Source: the human T2T-CHM13v2.0 reference genome, Homo sapiens
Length of the DNA stretch: 64,000 nt
Strand: one strand, 5' to 3'
Assembly (NCBI RefSeq): GCF_009914755.1
Contig: NC_060948.1
The first letter of the stretch is position 1; every line of letters begins with the position of its first letter. Positions 42,107-58,412 of the stretch are shown here, one piece after another. The notes under the pieces are model-generated. The model did not search any database, was not told the DNA's origin, and saw only the letters and a list, made by a program, of their open reading frames with translations. A program made the translations under genes and the position numbers.

Positions 42107-42741
42107 TATAAAGTATGTTCTTAAAATAAACCCAGGAACTAATGTCTTTGCAGCTGAATTCTACCAAACATTTATAAAAATTAATACAAGTCAAATTCAA
42201 ACTTTTCTGAAAAATAGAGTAGGAGGTAATACTTTTAAAGTAACTTTACAAGACGAGTACTACTCTAATAACAAAACCAGACAAGAACACATCAGTGAAA
42301 AACTACAGGCCAATATCTCTTATAAATATTTATGAAAAATTTCTCAACAAAATACAAGCAAACCAAATTTCACCATGCATTAGAAAGATCACTCATTATG
42401 ACCAAGTTGGATTTATTCCTTTGATGCAAGAATTGTTCAACATATGGGTAAATCAATTAATATGAAACATTGTGTCAACAGAAGGAAGGAATAAAGCCAC
42501 ATGATTATTTTAGTTAACTCTGAAAAAGCATTCGAATATATTCAGCACTCCCAATGATGAAACCCCTCAACCTGCTGGGTATAGAAATGACATGCTTTAA
42601 CAAAATAGAATCCATATATTACAAATCCACAGCTAGTATGTTACTGAATGAAGAAAAACTAAAAGCCTTTCTTCTAAGGTATGAAATATGAAAAGAATGT
42701 CGACTGACAACACTTACTCAAGATAGTACTGGAAAACCTAG

Positions 42742-45066
42742 AGATATGAGATATTTGGAAATGTCACTTTTCTGGATGGAAATATCTGTAGCTGGTAGCT
42801 CATTTGCCTGCATTTTCTTAGGCCCACCGGGCTTATTCCACTAATTTGGCCTGGCAGGCTATGCTTGGCTTATGCTACTTGTCTGGATACCATCCTCTAA
42901 GAAAGATTACAAGTCAGGTGTGAAGCAGCAAAAGGTGTGTCAGCAAGAGTGAATTCTGGTTACTGCAGTCAGACACGCTGGCTGCTGCCATGTAGTGGGC
43001 AATTCCATCTGCCAGGTCTCTGCAAGGCTGCAGCTGGACCAGGGGTACTGAAAGTAGCTTTTATGACTAGCACTGAGAAATGTGGTGGTGCCTTGAGGCT
43101 TGGAGATGCCAGGAACCACAGTGCCCCAGAAAGAAAGTCATAACCTTGCCTCAGAAGCCACAGTGCCCCCAAAATAAAGTCACAAACTTGCCTCAGGGAG
43201 CTCACAGGTCTGAGGTTCCTGAAGACCACAACTTTTTTTTTCTTACTTTTTGCCCATAATGTGGGAACCAAGGGACATGTTTTAGCCCTGTTTGTGTTAC
43301 AGCTTTCTTAGATTTGCCATTCGATAAGTTCCAAGTTCTTGTTCTGTGACTAGGAAGAATGATGTATGCAGACAAGTGAAGAGTAAGTAGGATGAGAAGG
43401 AGTTTTATTGAGTGATAAAACAGCTCAGAGAAGACCTGCAGTTGGTGGCTCAGTCAGGGTCTCCCTACAAATGTTCATCTCCTAGAAGGGAGAGACTTGT
43501 AGCGGAGAGCTCCTCTCTGCAGGCAGACCAGTCCTTCATCTCACCATCATCTATCTTCTTTTTGAGTCTGGCTGAGTGTAGGCTTTTTATGGACTGCAGT
43601 GAGGAAGAAGTGAGTGCTGATTGGTCCATTGGTTGCCATGGGTGGGCTCAGGAACAAGCAACACAAGTTTCCCTTCTGGTCTCTGGAACTGGTTGCCTGG
43701 ACCCCAGGCTTTGGGCCCTCCCTGGCTTGAAGATGGGGTTTCATCTGAGTTCTGTCCCCTTCGGTCAAACAGCCTGTCTGCCTCCTGCTGCTGTAAATTG
43801 TTCCGAGACTGTTCATGCTAAGGGTCACCAAGATGCAAGCCCCAGGCTGCCCTCAGCACCCCCACCACACCACTGGTACTCCCTCCTGTGCTTGTTGGTG
43901 GCCAAAGTCTGCAGAGGGCCAAAATGGCAGGGGGCTGGCCTGTCAATTCTGCCCTGAGTGTGTGCATACTAGGCTGGGCTGCAACAGCACCTAGGCTCAG
44001 TGCCCAGCTTGCTCCAATACTGAAGGAGGCATCAACACTAGGGAGAATCCCGGCAGTGGGAGCAAGTACCCTCAAGCCCATGGGGAGGCAAAAGGGCATT
44101 TTCCAACCCTGAGAGTGCAGAAATTTCCAGCTTTGCAGTGGCAGAATGGCAGCAGCAGCTTTACCTGGGGAGTTACCACCCACCAACTCAGAAAGGGCAC
44201 TGGTCCCACTTGTCCTCCAAGTGGAGACTGGCTCTGTGGAGCAAGCAGCCCCAGTCATGCCCTCTTGCAGCCTGGGGCAGGGAATCCATGTCCTCACTGG
44301 GCCTGGTTTGGTGTCTGGGGCAAGGGTGACATTTCTGTGAGATCGCTCAATGCCCCCCCACCCAGTGCTCAGGGTGGCCCAGGGCTTCCCCTTACCCAGG
44401 TTGCATCCCTTCTCAGGAAAATGCTTTCAGGAAGTGTCAGTCTCAGTGGTCACTCTGATATGGGGCAGACCCAGTGAACATGTGGCTCCACTCAGAGCCT
44501 CTCTCAAGGCACAAGAACCTGGCACCCTCAGAGGTGTAAGTGCCATGGCCATCCGATGTGGGCACCACTCACACTTCCCACCCTGGGCTCCTGAATCATG
44601 GTCTCAGCTCTGCACTGCAGGCCAGCCCCTGCACTCCATGTGGAAGTAACACACTACCCTTGTACCATCTCCACCTTGGGCCCTTCTTTGCCTGACCACG
44701 GTGCTCTCCTGTTGATAAGTGAATCAACCTGACTTTATTGCAGTGGCCTCCAGGGCAGTAGGCTCCCAGGGGCAGGCTCCAGTGACTGTCTTCCTCCTTC
44801 CGAAACCATCCTAGTAGTGGCAGTGTGTGAGAGCAGCAGTGTGGGGCCAGAGTTTAGAGCAATGAAGTCTCTGGGCCTGGGAACAAGTTTTGTGCAGTGG
44901 TGAAAGGATTGGAGCAGCACCATCAGCTGCCTCAGGGACACGGGGCATGGGGTCAGACTGCCACCACTGCTTCTCCCTCAGCCTGTCTTGCTGGCACCAC
45001 TCATGCCTCACCACTGCAGCCTTTGTGATGGCAGTAGCTCCTCCAGACAGCTTGTTATTGCCATCA
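42742..45066 (-). mobile_element. MER52-family (ERV1) long solo LTR
   Basis: GC-rich 2.3 kb block. Minus-strand start tgatggcaataacaagctgtctggagg resembles MER52 TGATGGCAGCGGCGGCCCGTCTGGAG. 4-bp TSD ctag/ctaa; host L1 resumes after it. Confidence 0.82.
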
Positions 45067-45907
45067 CTAACTAGAGCAATCAGACAAGAGAACAAAATGA
45101 AAGACATCAAAATTGGAATGAAAGAAGAAATATTGTTTGCAGATAAAATAATCTTATATTTGAGAAAACCTAAAGTCTCCACCAAAAAAGTTAGAACACA
45201 TGAATTGACTAAAGTTGCTAGATACAAAGGAAAACCCATAAAATCGGTCGAATTTCTATATGTCAAACATAAACCATCTGGAAAAAAATTAAAAATACTA
45301 TTTACTATGGCTACAAATAAAATCCAATACCTAGAAATGTACTTAGCCAAATAAGTGAATGAGCTCTACAATAAAAACTTTAACTAACTGATTACATAAA
45401 GAGAGCACCAAACAAGTAAAAAAAAATTCATGTTAATGGATTGAATTTATTAATATTATTTAAACATCTATACTACCCGGACTAGTCTACTGATTCAGTG
45501 TAATCTCTATCAAAATACCAGTAACATTTTTCACAGAAATTAGAAAAAAAACACTTTTAAAATTATATGGAATTACAAAAAAAAAAGAAAAAGAAAATAT
45601 GAACAACTAAAGCTGTTTTAACAAAAACAAAAACAAAAAGAACAAAAAAAACCTGATGTCAAATTATACTAAAAAGCCATAATAACCAAAACAGTAGGGT
45701 ACAAAAAAAGCAATAAAAACAAATACAAAAACAGATGCATATACCAATATAACAGAAGAGAGAATGCAGAAATGAATTATCACAGCTACAGTGAACTTTC
45801 AACTTGTTTTCAATAGAGGTGTGAAGAACATACACTGTGTAGAAGAGAGTCTCTTTGGTAAATGATCCTGGAAAAACTGAATATCTATATGCAGAAAAAT
45901 AAAACTA

Positions 45908-46108
<201 letters not shown>

Positions 46109-47589
46109 TTAAGACCTCAATCTACGAAGCTATTACAAGAAAACTTTGGAAAAAATCTGAAGGACATTGGTCTAGGCAAAACTTTTTTGAATAATACCTC
46201 AAAATCACAGTTAATCAAATTAAAAATTGACAAAACTGATAACACTAAGTTGAAAATCTTCTGCAGAGCAAAACAATATCAAAATGAAGACACAGCTGAC
46301 AGAATGAGAGAAACTATGCAAACCACTCATCTGTCAGGGGATTGATAACCAAAATGTATAAGGAGCTCAAACAACTCTATATAAATAAATTTAAAAATTT
46401 AAGTTAGATATTTACATAGATATTTCTCAAGAGAAAACATACAAATGGCAAACAGAAATATAAAATATGCTTAACATTATTGATCATCAAATAAATTCAA
46501 ATCAAAACTATGATGATAGATATATTTTCTCACCCCAGTTAAATAATTTTAAAAAGACAAGCAATGATAGATGCTGGTAACGGTGTGGAGAAAAAGAGTA
46601 CCCTCGTACACACTGGGTGAAAATATAAATTAGTAACACGAATATAGAAAACAGTTTGAAAATTCCTCAAAAAAACTAAAAATACACCTACTACATGGTC
46701 AAGTAATCCCATTCCTGGGTATATACCCAAAAGAAAGGAAACCGGTGAATCAAAGAGATATCTGCCCTTTTATCTTTGTTTCATCACTATTCACTATACT
46801 TAAGATTTGGAAGCTATGTAAGTATCCATCAGTAGATGAATGGGTTAAAAAAATTGTATACATATACACAATGGAGTACTATTCAGCCTTAAAAATAATA
46901 TTCTGTCATTTATGGCAGCATATATAAAACTGGAGATCATTATGTTAAGTAAAATAAGCCAGACATAGAAAGAAAATGTTACATTTTCTCACTTACTTAT
47001 GGTATCTAAATATCAAAATTATTGAAGTCATGGAGGGAGAGAGTAGAAGTGTGGTTACCAGAGGTTGAAAGGGCAGTGGGGGATGGTGGGGAGATGGAAA
47101 TATTTACTGGATACAAAAAATAAGAATAAATACATAAACATGACCTATTGCTTGATAGTACAACAGGGGATTATAGTCAATTACAGGCTTTTCTCATGTT
47201 CTAAAATAACTTTATAATGTGTTATTTATTAGCTTGTTTGTAACACAAAAACATAAATGGTTGAGGGAGCATTTACCCCATTCTCCATGATGTGATTGTT
47301 ACACATTGTGTGCCTTTATCAAAACAGCTTATGTATTTCACAAATTATACACTTACCTATGCACCAATAACAGTTAAAATTAATATAATTGAGAAAAAAA
47401 TGTAAAAGTGTAATGAATTTTTACAAGTAAGAAAAAATAAGCGTTTGACTTTACAGTCAAACTTTCTTTAATATTGTGTCTGATTTTCCCATTCTTTATT
47501 TAGTTCTCCCTTTTTCCATCTTCTTCCTAACCTTGTTTCTTCCTTTGAACTAAAACATTTTTCTGCCTAATCTTTCAAAAGACATAAAT

Positions 47590-48135
47590 ATCCATAAATT
47601 GGCTCTAAAGAAATGAAGATGTGTAAATTACCCTTAAAAATTTAAAATAATTATCTGAGTAATGCTGAATGAGTGAAATAAAACTAGAAAGCTATATTAA
47701 ATGAGAAAAAAGACTATTAAGAAAATAATACAAAGTATTTTTAAAAACCAGAAATTATGTCACCAAATAATAACAGAATTACTATGCAAAAAATTATCAA
47801 ACTTAAGAAAAATACACTAAAAATAAATCTCAATGATCTCCAACTATGATAAACAGAAATAAATCAATAAGAAGATACACTATATGCAAAGTTTCAAAAG
47901 TTACAGATGAAAATGGAATCTTCAAGACAACAAGAGAAAAGTGATATGTCATCTACAAGGAATATCTTTTGAGATTACCTGTGGATTGTTCAAACAAAAC
48001 CTCACAGGACCGAAGAGAATTTGCTGATACAGTCAATGTGCTGAAAGAATTCCATGCAGAAATACTATAAGCAAAAAAACTGTATTTCAAAATGAAAAAA
48101 AAAAAAGTCAAAAATAACCAAATGCTGAAAAGACC
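47590..48135 (+). mobile_element. Old L1M ORF1-region fragment
   Basis: A-rich sequence with motifs such as gaatcttcaagacaacaagagaaaagtga...gtcatctacaagg and aatgtgctgaaag. Confidence 0.55.
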
Positions 48136-48284
48136 TTACTCTTTAGTTTCTGTCAAGAAAAGTGAATAAAAATCCTAATGACTCTCATTTCAACAATAAA
48201 TTTTAACTTAACAGTAAATAAACATTTTAATAAATGTGAAGTGTCTACTCATTACCTAATTATCTTATAGAAAGTCAAAATATT

Positions 48285-50565
<2,281 letters not shown>

Positions 50566-50789
50566 TACAATGTTTTAATTCAACAGCTTTAGAGTTCTAT
50601 CAAACAGCATATAAAAATTATTAAAATTGTGAGCAGTTTATGAAAAAACTGCATAATAGAAAAAGCATAAAACAATCTATAGGTAACCAAAAATGTTAAT
50701 CATTTAGAAACTGAATTAATAAAAATATTGTAGCCATAAAAAAGTGTAAATTCTAGAACACTTTTTGAACTTTTGAATGTAGAATTATA

Positions 50790-51297
50790 GAAAAAAATTG
50801 TTACCATCTTTATATCTCTGGGTATTCAGAATTAATCTCCTACTTATAAATGAGAATATGTGGTAGTTAGTATGCAAAGGTATTCCATGGTGTATATGTG
50901 TAACAGTTATTCTTTATTTAATATACTGTTGATGGATACCTAAGTTAATTTCATGTAGTTGCTCCTGTTAATTGTGCTGCTATGGACACAGGACTGTGTG
51001 TCTTTTTGGTGGAACAATTTATTATTCTAAATGTGTATCCAGTAAGGTGATTATTGGGTTAAATGATATTCCATTTTAGTTCTCTGAGAAATCTCCTTTC
51101 CATCTTAGGTGAATGAACATTTCCACCAACAGTGTATAAGCACTACCTTTGTTTCTACAGCCTTAGCAACATTGTTGTTTTGACTTTTAAATAGTGGTCA
51201 TTCTGACTGCCGTGGAATGTTATATTATGGTTTTGGTTTGTGTTTCTTTGATTAATATTGATGTTGAGCCTTTTTAATGTTTATTGACTGCTTGTAA
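50790..51297 (-). mobile_element. L1 3' fragment, antisense
   Basis: ctcctacttataaatgagaatatg; ttccaccaacagtgtataagc. Confidence 0.75.
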
Positions 51298-52334
51298 CAT
51301 AAAAATCAGAAAGTAAAAACACATAGGAAAAGTAACATCAGTAGGATCACAGAATGGGTGGATCCCACTTGTATACCCTCTCAGGGTAACAACATTTGTC
51401 AGTCATCCCTGGGCAAGTTTTTTATGTGAGCTTTGGGATACAGGTTGTCAGATAGAGGTTGTCAATCTCTGTTAGAGCCCAAGACCTAGAAAAGCTATTT
51501 TAAGAAGGCCTTCATTCACATGGCAAACTGAAAAGCGCATGGTTCAAGTTAAAGACCAGGAAATTGCCCACTCAACTTAGTCCCACTAAGAATTCTAATG
51601 TGATCTTGTAACTCCCTCCAATTTTTCCCAGTCACTATCTGGAAGTAGTCCTTCTCATCAATAGATTTGAAGTTACATATGTCCTTTTACAGCCATGTAG
51701 GCATGGAAAAAGCTTACAGACATTAGTTTTAACTGCGGTACCTAAAGCAGTTTGTGACTCAGTTCTAGCTCTCTCAGCTACAGTCCACAGTTAATAATTT
51801 CTGCATAAAACCCACAAAGTGACTGATGAAAATTCTTTCATGTATTAATTGAGAGCCACATCCATTTACCCTAGTGTCTTCTCTACTTATAAAAGTCCTG
51901 AGAGCAATATAGTTTTTTAAGACACCAAGGAGATATACATCTATGCAAGTCCTTTAGTTACATGACAACCAAAGGCCAACCCCACTGCAGATTCAGCAGC
52001 GGCTTAGTAACACAACTACAACCTCTCTCCATTGCAATCCAATGGGAGATTCAGTTATCCCAGGAATCCATAACTAGGCAAAACAATGTTTAAAAACCTA
52101 ACATCCAAATTGGAAAGTGAAAGTAGAAAGGTTGCCATTTGTAAATGACATAATCTTATATATAGAAAACCATAGAGTACATAAAATAACTATTTGAAAT
52201 AATAAGAATATTCAGTAAATTAGCAACATATAATATTAACATACAAACATTGGTTATACTCTCTAGTGTATCACTGATGATAAACTATCAGATAAAATGT
52301 AGAAAGCAATCACATTTATAACAGTATAAAAATA

Positions 52335-52419
52335 TTAAGTTGGTGCAAAAGTGATTGTGTTTTTTGCCATTAAAAGTGCAAAAGTGGTGAAAATCACAAT
52401 TACTTTCGTACCCATCTAA
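52335..52419. mobile_element. MADE1 mariner MITE
   Basis: Imperfect palindrome ttaagttggtgcaaaagtgattg ... caattactttcgtacccatctaa, following a TA. Confidence 0.88.
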
Positions 52420-52905
52420 CAGTAAATGTTATCAATGCATTTAACTAGAAGATAAAATATATTAAGATATTAATTGAAGAAGACACAAATGACTAAAAAG
52501 ATATACCATGTTTTTAGATTTGAAGAATATTTTTAAAATGAAATATTATCCTGAATGATTTATAGATTTAATGCACCATCTATAAATATTTCAATGATAT
52601 TTTTACAGTAATAGAAAACACAATTCTAAAATTTGTATAAAAACTACAAAAGACTTTAAATAACCAATGAAATTTTAAGAAAAAGCTAAGACTAGAGCAT
52701 CATAGTTTCCAATTCAAAACTATATTTCAAGGCTAAGTTATATAAAAATGTGCATAAAAACTGACACAAAATTAATGGCACAGAATAAAGAGTCTCAGAA
52801 TAAATTAATGTATATAAGACCAACTAATCTTTAATGAGGATCCCAATAATAATAATGCAGAATGTATGGTCTTTTTGAACTTGATACTGAGTAAACTATA
52901 TACCC

Positions 52906-52906
<1 letters not shown>

Positions 52907-52938
<32 letters not shown>
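52907..52938. repeat. (TCAA)n microsatellite
   Basis: caatcaatcaatcaatc..., read directly. Confidence 0.9.
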
Positions 52939-52939
<1 letters not shown>

Positions 52940-53257
52940 TATTTTTATGTCATACCACCCTAAAATAATTTGCAATAAAATGAAGTCATAATATATAAAA
53001 CCCTGAAAATCTTAGGGAAACTCACACCCTAAAGGGAAGGGCAATAGACTGGCAGGCTTCAGTACCAACTAATTTAGATCCTTAGGTTCGTGAATGGATA
53101 TAGGTAGTATACAGACAGTTGTTATAGTGGTTCTTGGGCAATACTCAGTACAGTGCTGCCTTCAGGTGTAATCAGGGTTGTCTCAGCTGTGGTAGCCACA
53201 GTGGTGGTTGTATCATCTTTCCTCCAGCTCCATGAAGCTCAACACGGAAAGAGATAG

Positions 53258-53869
53258 TGTTGCCATATCCTTACTCTTTAGTTTAGCAAGGTCTAAGTTC
53301 TTGCCATATAATCAAGAAGAATAAGACATGCGCATACCAGAGAATGCAAAACAAAATTGTACTAAGCAACAGAAAAGCTCTCAGCAGCTAGAAGGGATGT
53401 GAAAAGCGTTGCCAGAAATGTGATTGTGTTCTGGATCTTATTTGTGGCAAAAACAAGCAGGCTTCTGTGGGTTTCACAAAAATGGGAGGGGTAAAGTTCC
53501 CTGCTCTGACCCAGGGATGTTGCATCTGCACATGCCTAAGGTTAGCCATAGTGACTCCATCTGGGTTATTACCCATGAGTGTCTAAGCAAAACCCATGGT
53601 GTGGGGGTGGGTGTGGCAAAACGACAATGCTAAAGATATTACAATCAGGTCTGGATGAATGTATGGACATTTTGTTGATTTATTGCACCTGCACCTAAGT
53701 TGAGTCAGTAATTTCTGAGCAGACATCCTGGTGTAAAATGAAATTCTTAACCACATTTCTTCCCTCAAGCTACGGGGGAAGTGCAGATGTAGTCCCATGG
53801 GGGTTTTTTTCTTTCCCAAGACCCCTTCTCTCTATCTTCCTAGATAGCCTCTCACTTCCTTTTCTCTCA
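53258..53869 (-). mobile_element. ERV1 solo LTR (MER61/LTR9-related) inserted in an L1M 5' fragment (~53020-54080)
   Basis: TG...CA termini and a perfect 4-bp TSD atag (53254-53257, 53870-53873). Confidence 0.78.
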
Positions 53870-56159
53870 ATAGCCAGTTTATTTGGGAGAAAATAAGGAA
53901 GAATATCAAGAGTGTCTGCTTGATAATTTAGATAATTCTTTCAGATAAATCAAACACCTCCAAGGCAGAACCACTGTGTCTCCAAAACCACACTGTTACT
54001 GGGCTAGTGGTGTCTCATATTGCAGGTACAGCTTCAGTGACCAAAAGCTTGGATCACAACATTGAAGTTTCTTTAAATATTATGATTACAGTGTGGTAGG
54101 AACAATATATGGCCATTGAAACTATTGAGTTATATCTGCCCTATGGTAAATAGCAATGTGGCAGGGGCAACACACAGACACACACAAGACGTCAATGTAC
54201 CCTGTTATAATTGCTCTGTTTTGTATATATAAGCAGATGAGCCTACATCTCTCCTAAGAATATATTGTAATTTTAGGCTGAAATTTGAATTTAAATAAAA
54301 TGTTTATGAGAACCAAATAATTTTTACATCTTTTCATGGTTAATAGTGTAGAAAATATTCTTAGTTTATTCTTCATATTAAAAAACTGGTGGGTAATTTG
54401 GTTATATCTCAAAGCCACATCTTTTACAGATTAATGAAATGCAGACCTAAACAGTGATGGCTATTCATTACTGTCATAACAGAAGATTTCTTAAGCCTTC
54501 CTACTTTGTGCTGTTCAGAAAATGAGGTAAGTTTCTGTGTTTTATCTTGTATTTGAGAATTTGAAACCTTCTTGTTGCCTCATTTAAAGTAACAGTTTCA
54601 CTTGCCATTTGCTTAAAAAATAATAATTGTCTGCATTTAGAATAGAAATACCTATATTGTGGTTCAGTTGTTTTTCTCAAAAAACTATATTTTTCTCTCT
54701 ATAAGCTTGCACAGCTATTAAGTGTATAATCGTATCTTCCTACTCCTACCTCTCCTAGTAGTATACATGAAGTAAAATAACCTCTTTGTCTAGGGATTCG
54801 AACCCACTCAATAACTGGTCCCTCTCATCTGGTCTTTTGGGCCAGCATGCACAGAAGACATTTTACCTGGATTAGGGTACAGAAGCATTTGTGAAGACAA
54901 TGTGTTTTTAGCCAGTGTTTGAAAAACCAGAGAGAGCAGGCACCCTGTGCTTGTAAATGTATGAAAAACTGCAACAGCCAAAGCTTTATCTTCCCATATT
55001 GATGAGATCCCTTGTATCATCTGACCTCCAAAGCAGAGTAGCAACCTGCATACTTGATGTTCTGGATGCTTAGAATATTTTTGAAACAATTTCCAAATGC
55101 ATAATATACTTATGAATAACGTGGATTCTTCCAGTAATCTTCCTACAAAGATTTTTCCACTTTCCTGGCAGATGTTATGGCTAATCTGGTTAGAACTTTT
55201 CTTTTTTGAATGTGAAATGTTTAGTATTCATTTTTCTGGGTACCAATCACTGACTATTATCATTCTTGCCCACATTCAGATCTAAGATTGCTGTTCTCAA
55301 GCTCCCCCCAATGAAGTCTTTGTCTCCACAGGACCTAGGTTGTTTTTGCAATGAATGAAATTATCTCCCAATTAAAAAAGAGGCATTGGTTGAACAATGC
55401 TCTATTGAATTTTGTAAATCATTTTACAAACTGCATGTGCACACAAGGCTCCATGACAATGAATTGCCTTAATCCATGGTTGCATATTCATCTCTAGTAC
55501 TCTCAGAAAAGCAAAATGGACTTTTAACATGTAGTCCTCTGGCATAGTGAAGAAATTAGGTAATGAATTTGTTCATGAAACACTTTAAGTTTAACAGGCG
55601 TCTAACTCATATTTTATATACAGAATATCAGTCTTGAAAATAATATCAAATGACCATCTACTATAAGCATTGAATATACTTTACATTTATTGGGGAAAGT
55701 ACCCTCAATATTTTCTTATAAAATGTAAACTTAAGATGTTCTCAAAGGTTTGGCAAAATGCATACCAGAGAAAGTTATTGTTACCATATGAGATGTGGAG
55801 CAACATGAGTGCTTTTGCTCTTAAGAATTTCTATCTGGACAAGATGAGGAGGAACAGAGTGTTATACTGAAAGTCCTGGACATGTGTAATATCTGGCACT
55901 GTGTGTGTTTGCACTTCAGAGGTTTTGATTTTAAATTTTAGAATTTTAGAACATATAAAATTAAATATATAGATTATAGAAATAGAATCAAGCTTAGAAT
56001 ATTTTTGAGCTGCTGTAAAACATATTTATGCTTTATGTTAAATATATGTAGAGAACTGTCTAAATTTCAAACAAAATACAAAGTTGCTTCATGAAGTAAA
56101 ATTTTACACTATCGAAGCACATATTGCTCCTGAGGGAGGGCACTCTACGTAAATTAAGG

Positions 56160-56510
56160 GTAGTCCAACTATAAAGTGTTAATCAGGTATACAGTAGTGT
56201 ATAGTAATGTTATGGACATTCACCTTTTCTCATTATTTACTTTGTTTGTCTCCCAGAGAACATACTGTCTTGCAGACTTAATTTATTATGAAAGCCCCAC
56301 ATAGGAATGCTATAAGTTAAGTCTTCCACATTATTTTAAGTGTACTCATTTATACTTACTTATGTTTAGTTACAAAGCCACGTTCCATTGTGTTATAACT
56401 GCCTACAATATTTAGTAGACTAGCATGGTATATAAGTTTGTAGCTTAACAACCAATGGCTACACAATGCATCATAGGTTTGTTGGCTATCACTTCTTGGT
56501 TTGTGAAAAA
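56160..56510 (+). mobile_element. Tigger3/MER7-like DNA-transposon fragment
   Basis: tacagtagtgtatagtaatg...; ccattgtgttataactgcctacaatatttagta...gtttgtagc match remembered Tigger3 consensus blocks. Confidence 0.72.
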
Positions 56511-56623
56511 TGCTATCCAAATGAAATATTTCCTTTAGTATGTGCTAGACTTCTCTTTTCTGTCTCTCATGGTTTGAAATAGATCTTATCTCTTCCTTTA
56601 TGGTGTTTAAGAGTTTTGCTATA

Positions 56624-56855
56624 AACATACACGTGCATGTGTCTTTATAGCAGCATGATTTATAATCTTTTGGGTATATATATACCCAGTAATGGGATGG
56701 CTGGGTCAAATGGTATTTCTGGTTCTAGATCCCTGAGGAATCGCCACACTGACTTCCGCAATGGTTGAACTAGTTTACATATATTTAACAAACCTGCAGA
56801 TTGTGCACATTTACCCAAAAACTTAAAGTATAATTTAAAAAAAAGAAAAAAAGAA
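56624..56855 (+). mobile_element. Very short L1PA with 5' inversion (antisense 56624-56779, sense 56780-56855)
   Basis: TSD aagagttttgctata (56609-56623) / aaaagttttgctgca (56856-56870). Confidence 0.85.
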
Positions 56856-58412
56856 AAAAGTTTTGCTGCAGGCTACAGCAATGTTGCTAAGCAAAATGAG
56901 CATTTGTCTTACTTAGCTGCCAAACATGCAAATCAGACCAACTGTTTTTAGAAGTACTGTCTCTGTCTCCACCCCAACAGCCACAGGCATGCATGGCTCA
57001 AGATATATTTTCTTACACTTTTCCCTTTTAGCTAAGTTGCCTAGACATGTCCACAGAATGCAAAGGCCTCACTGAACAGTCATGAAGGGGTGGAGAAGAG
57101 CAGCACCAGTCTCGGCTTCCTTAGCCTCTGCTGTCTTAGCCTGCAGGACCTTAGCCTCTGCTACCTGAGATGAGGGAGGGAGAAAACTGCAGCAGTAGTT
57201 GTGACCACACGGGGCCAACAGACAGATGCTTCTCAGCCATTGCACCCAAAGAATGTTTCTCCCCTGACCAAGGAATCCAACCCTGTCTGAATTGAGGGAA
57301 GGACACAAGGATTAAAGGAACCAGCTTGCACTGAGCAAGGGGTTCCTTCTCCAGGAACTTTTTTTTTTAGTTTAAAGAGTTTTTCTCATTTTCTCCACCT
57401 TTTCTAAGTGAGAGGACTTCCCCTTCCAGCATTCTATTTCTGAAAGGAAAGTTAATGGAGAATTGACCCCTGCTGGCTGATTGACCCCTGCAAGCAAATT
57501 TGGCAGGGCTTCTTTGCAACATTCTAAATGGATACTAACAGCCTTTGAAGTATCATTTTAGTCCCAAATTTGATTTCAAGTTTCAGGCTGAAGCCTTAAA
57601 TAGAAATAACAGATTTCGGTGATCGAAAGCCAGGCAACAGGTACAATACAAATGGGCAGGATCAATTCCTGCTGACTAAATCCTCCACCCCATGGAAGAA
57701 GGCTATGCCCCATGACATAAACAAGCCAAGGAAACACAAAAGTTGTTGACAGCAGGAAGGCATAGGTAAGGGCAGTTAATTCTTATTCTCCAAGTTTTCC
57801 CTGCTTCATGGGGACATATCACATTGGTACCTATGGGAGGCAACTGCAAATGCCATAGGGACTCAGGGATAAAAGGTGGAAGGAAAGGGAGGATGCTTGC
57901 TTTCTCTCTCCATCACACATTGAGTTTTTGCTGAAAAAAAAAAAAGAGGGGCAAATGAGGGACACCTTTATTCTGTATATTTCAGAATGGGCAACCAGTT
58001 TACTTAACCACCCCAGCTCATACTTCTTTGGAGTGTATTCTGAACTATTAGTACTGCCTTGACCTTCAGAATCTTGAGAAAAAAAAACACTTCATAGCAC
58101 TCTGCACAAAGGTTTTGCCAAATTATAATTTATAGCAAAGACTGGCTTGGGCTCAGGAAACAACCGTGTATTTTTCTACCATCTGGCATCTGAAAGTGTT
58201 TTGTAGATGTGAGGATAGATGGTCTGAGGCCCCATATGTGTATGCTTTCTATACCTTGCAAGACAATCCAGACCTTTGGCAACATTGTAGGATTGACCTA
58301 GCCCTCCCTTTTGCCATCTCAGGAAAGGTTGCAAGAGGCAAGACCAGGAAATTAAAAATGAGAGTCCCAAAGGGACTCCCAGCAGCAGAGCCAGGTCCCT
58401 CCAGCCCTGCTG

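Larger units (their letters stand above)
51310..53020 (+). mobile_element. Old L1M: 5' region (~51310-52075) joined to an ORF2 fragment (~52095-53020)
   Basis: catccaaattggaaag...tttgtaaatgacataatcttatatatagaaaacc marks the RT region; the 5' part is homologous to 1640-2210. Confidence 0.65.

Noticed and set aside
43412-45354. Dense cluster of 100-180 aa ORFs on both strands
   Set aside because: They lie in the GC-rich, stop-poor MER52 LTR and show no recognisable domain. The 44890 ORF is a chance LTR-L1 read-through.
52335-52419. Hairpin as a novel miRNA or terminator
   Set aside because: Explained by MADE1 terminal inverted repeats.
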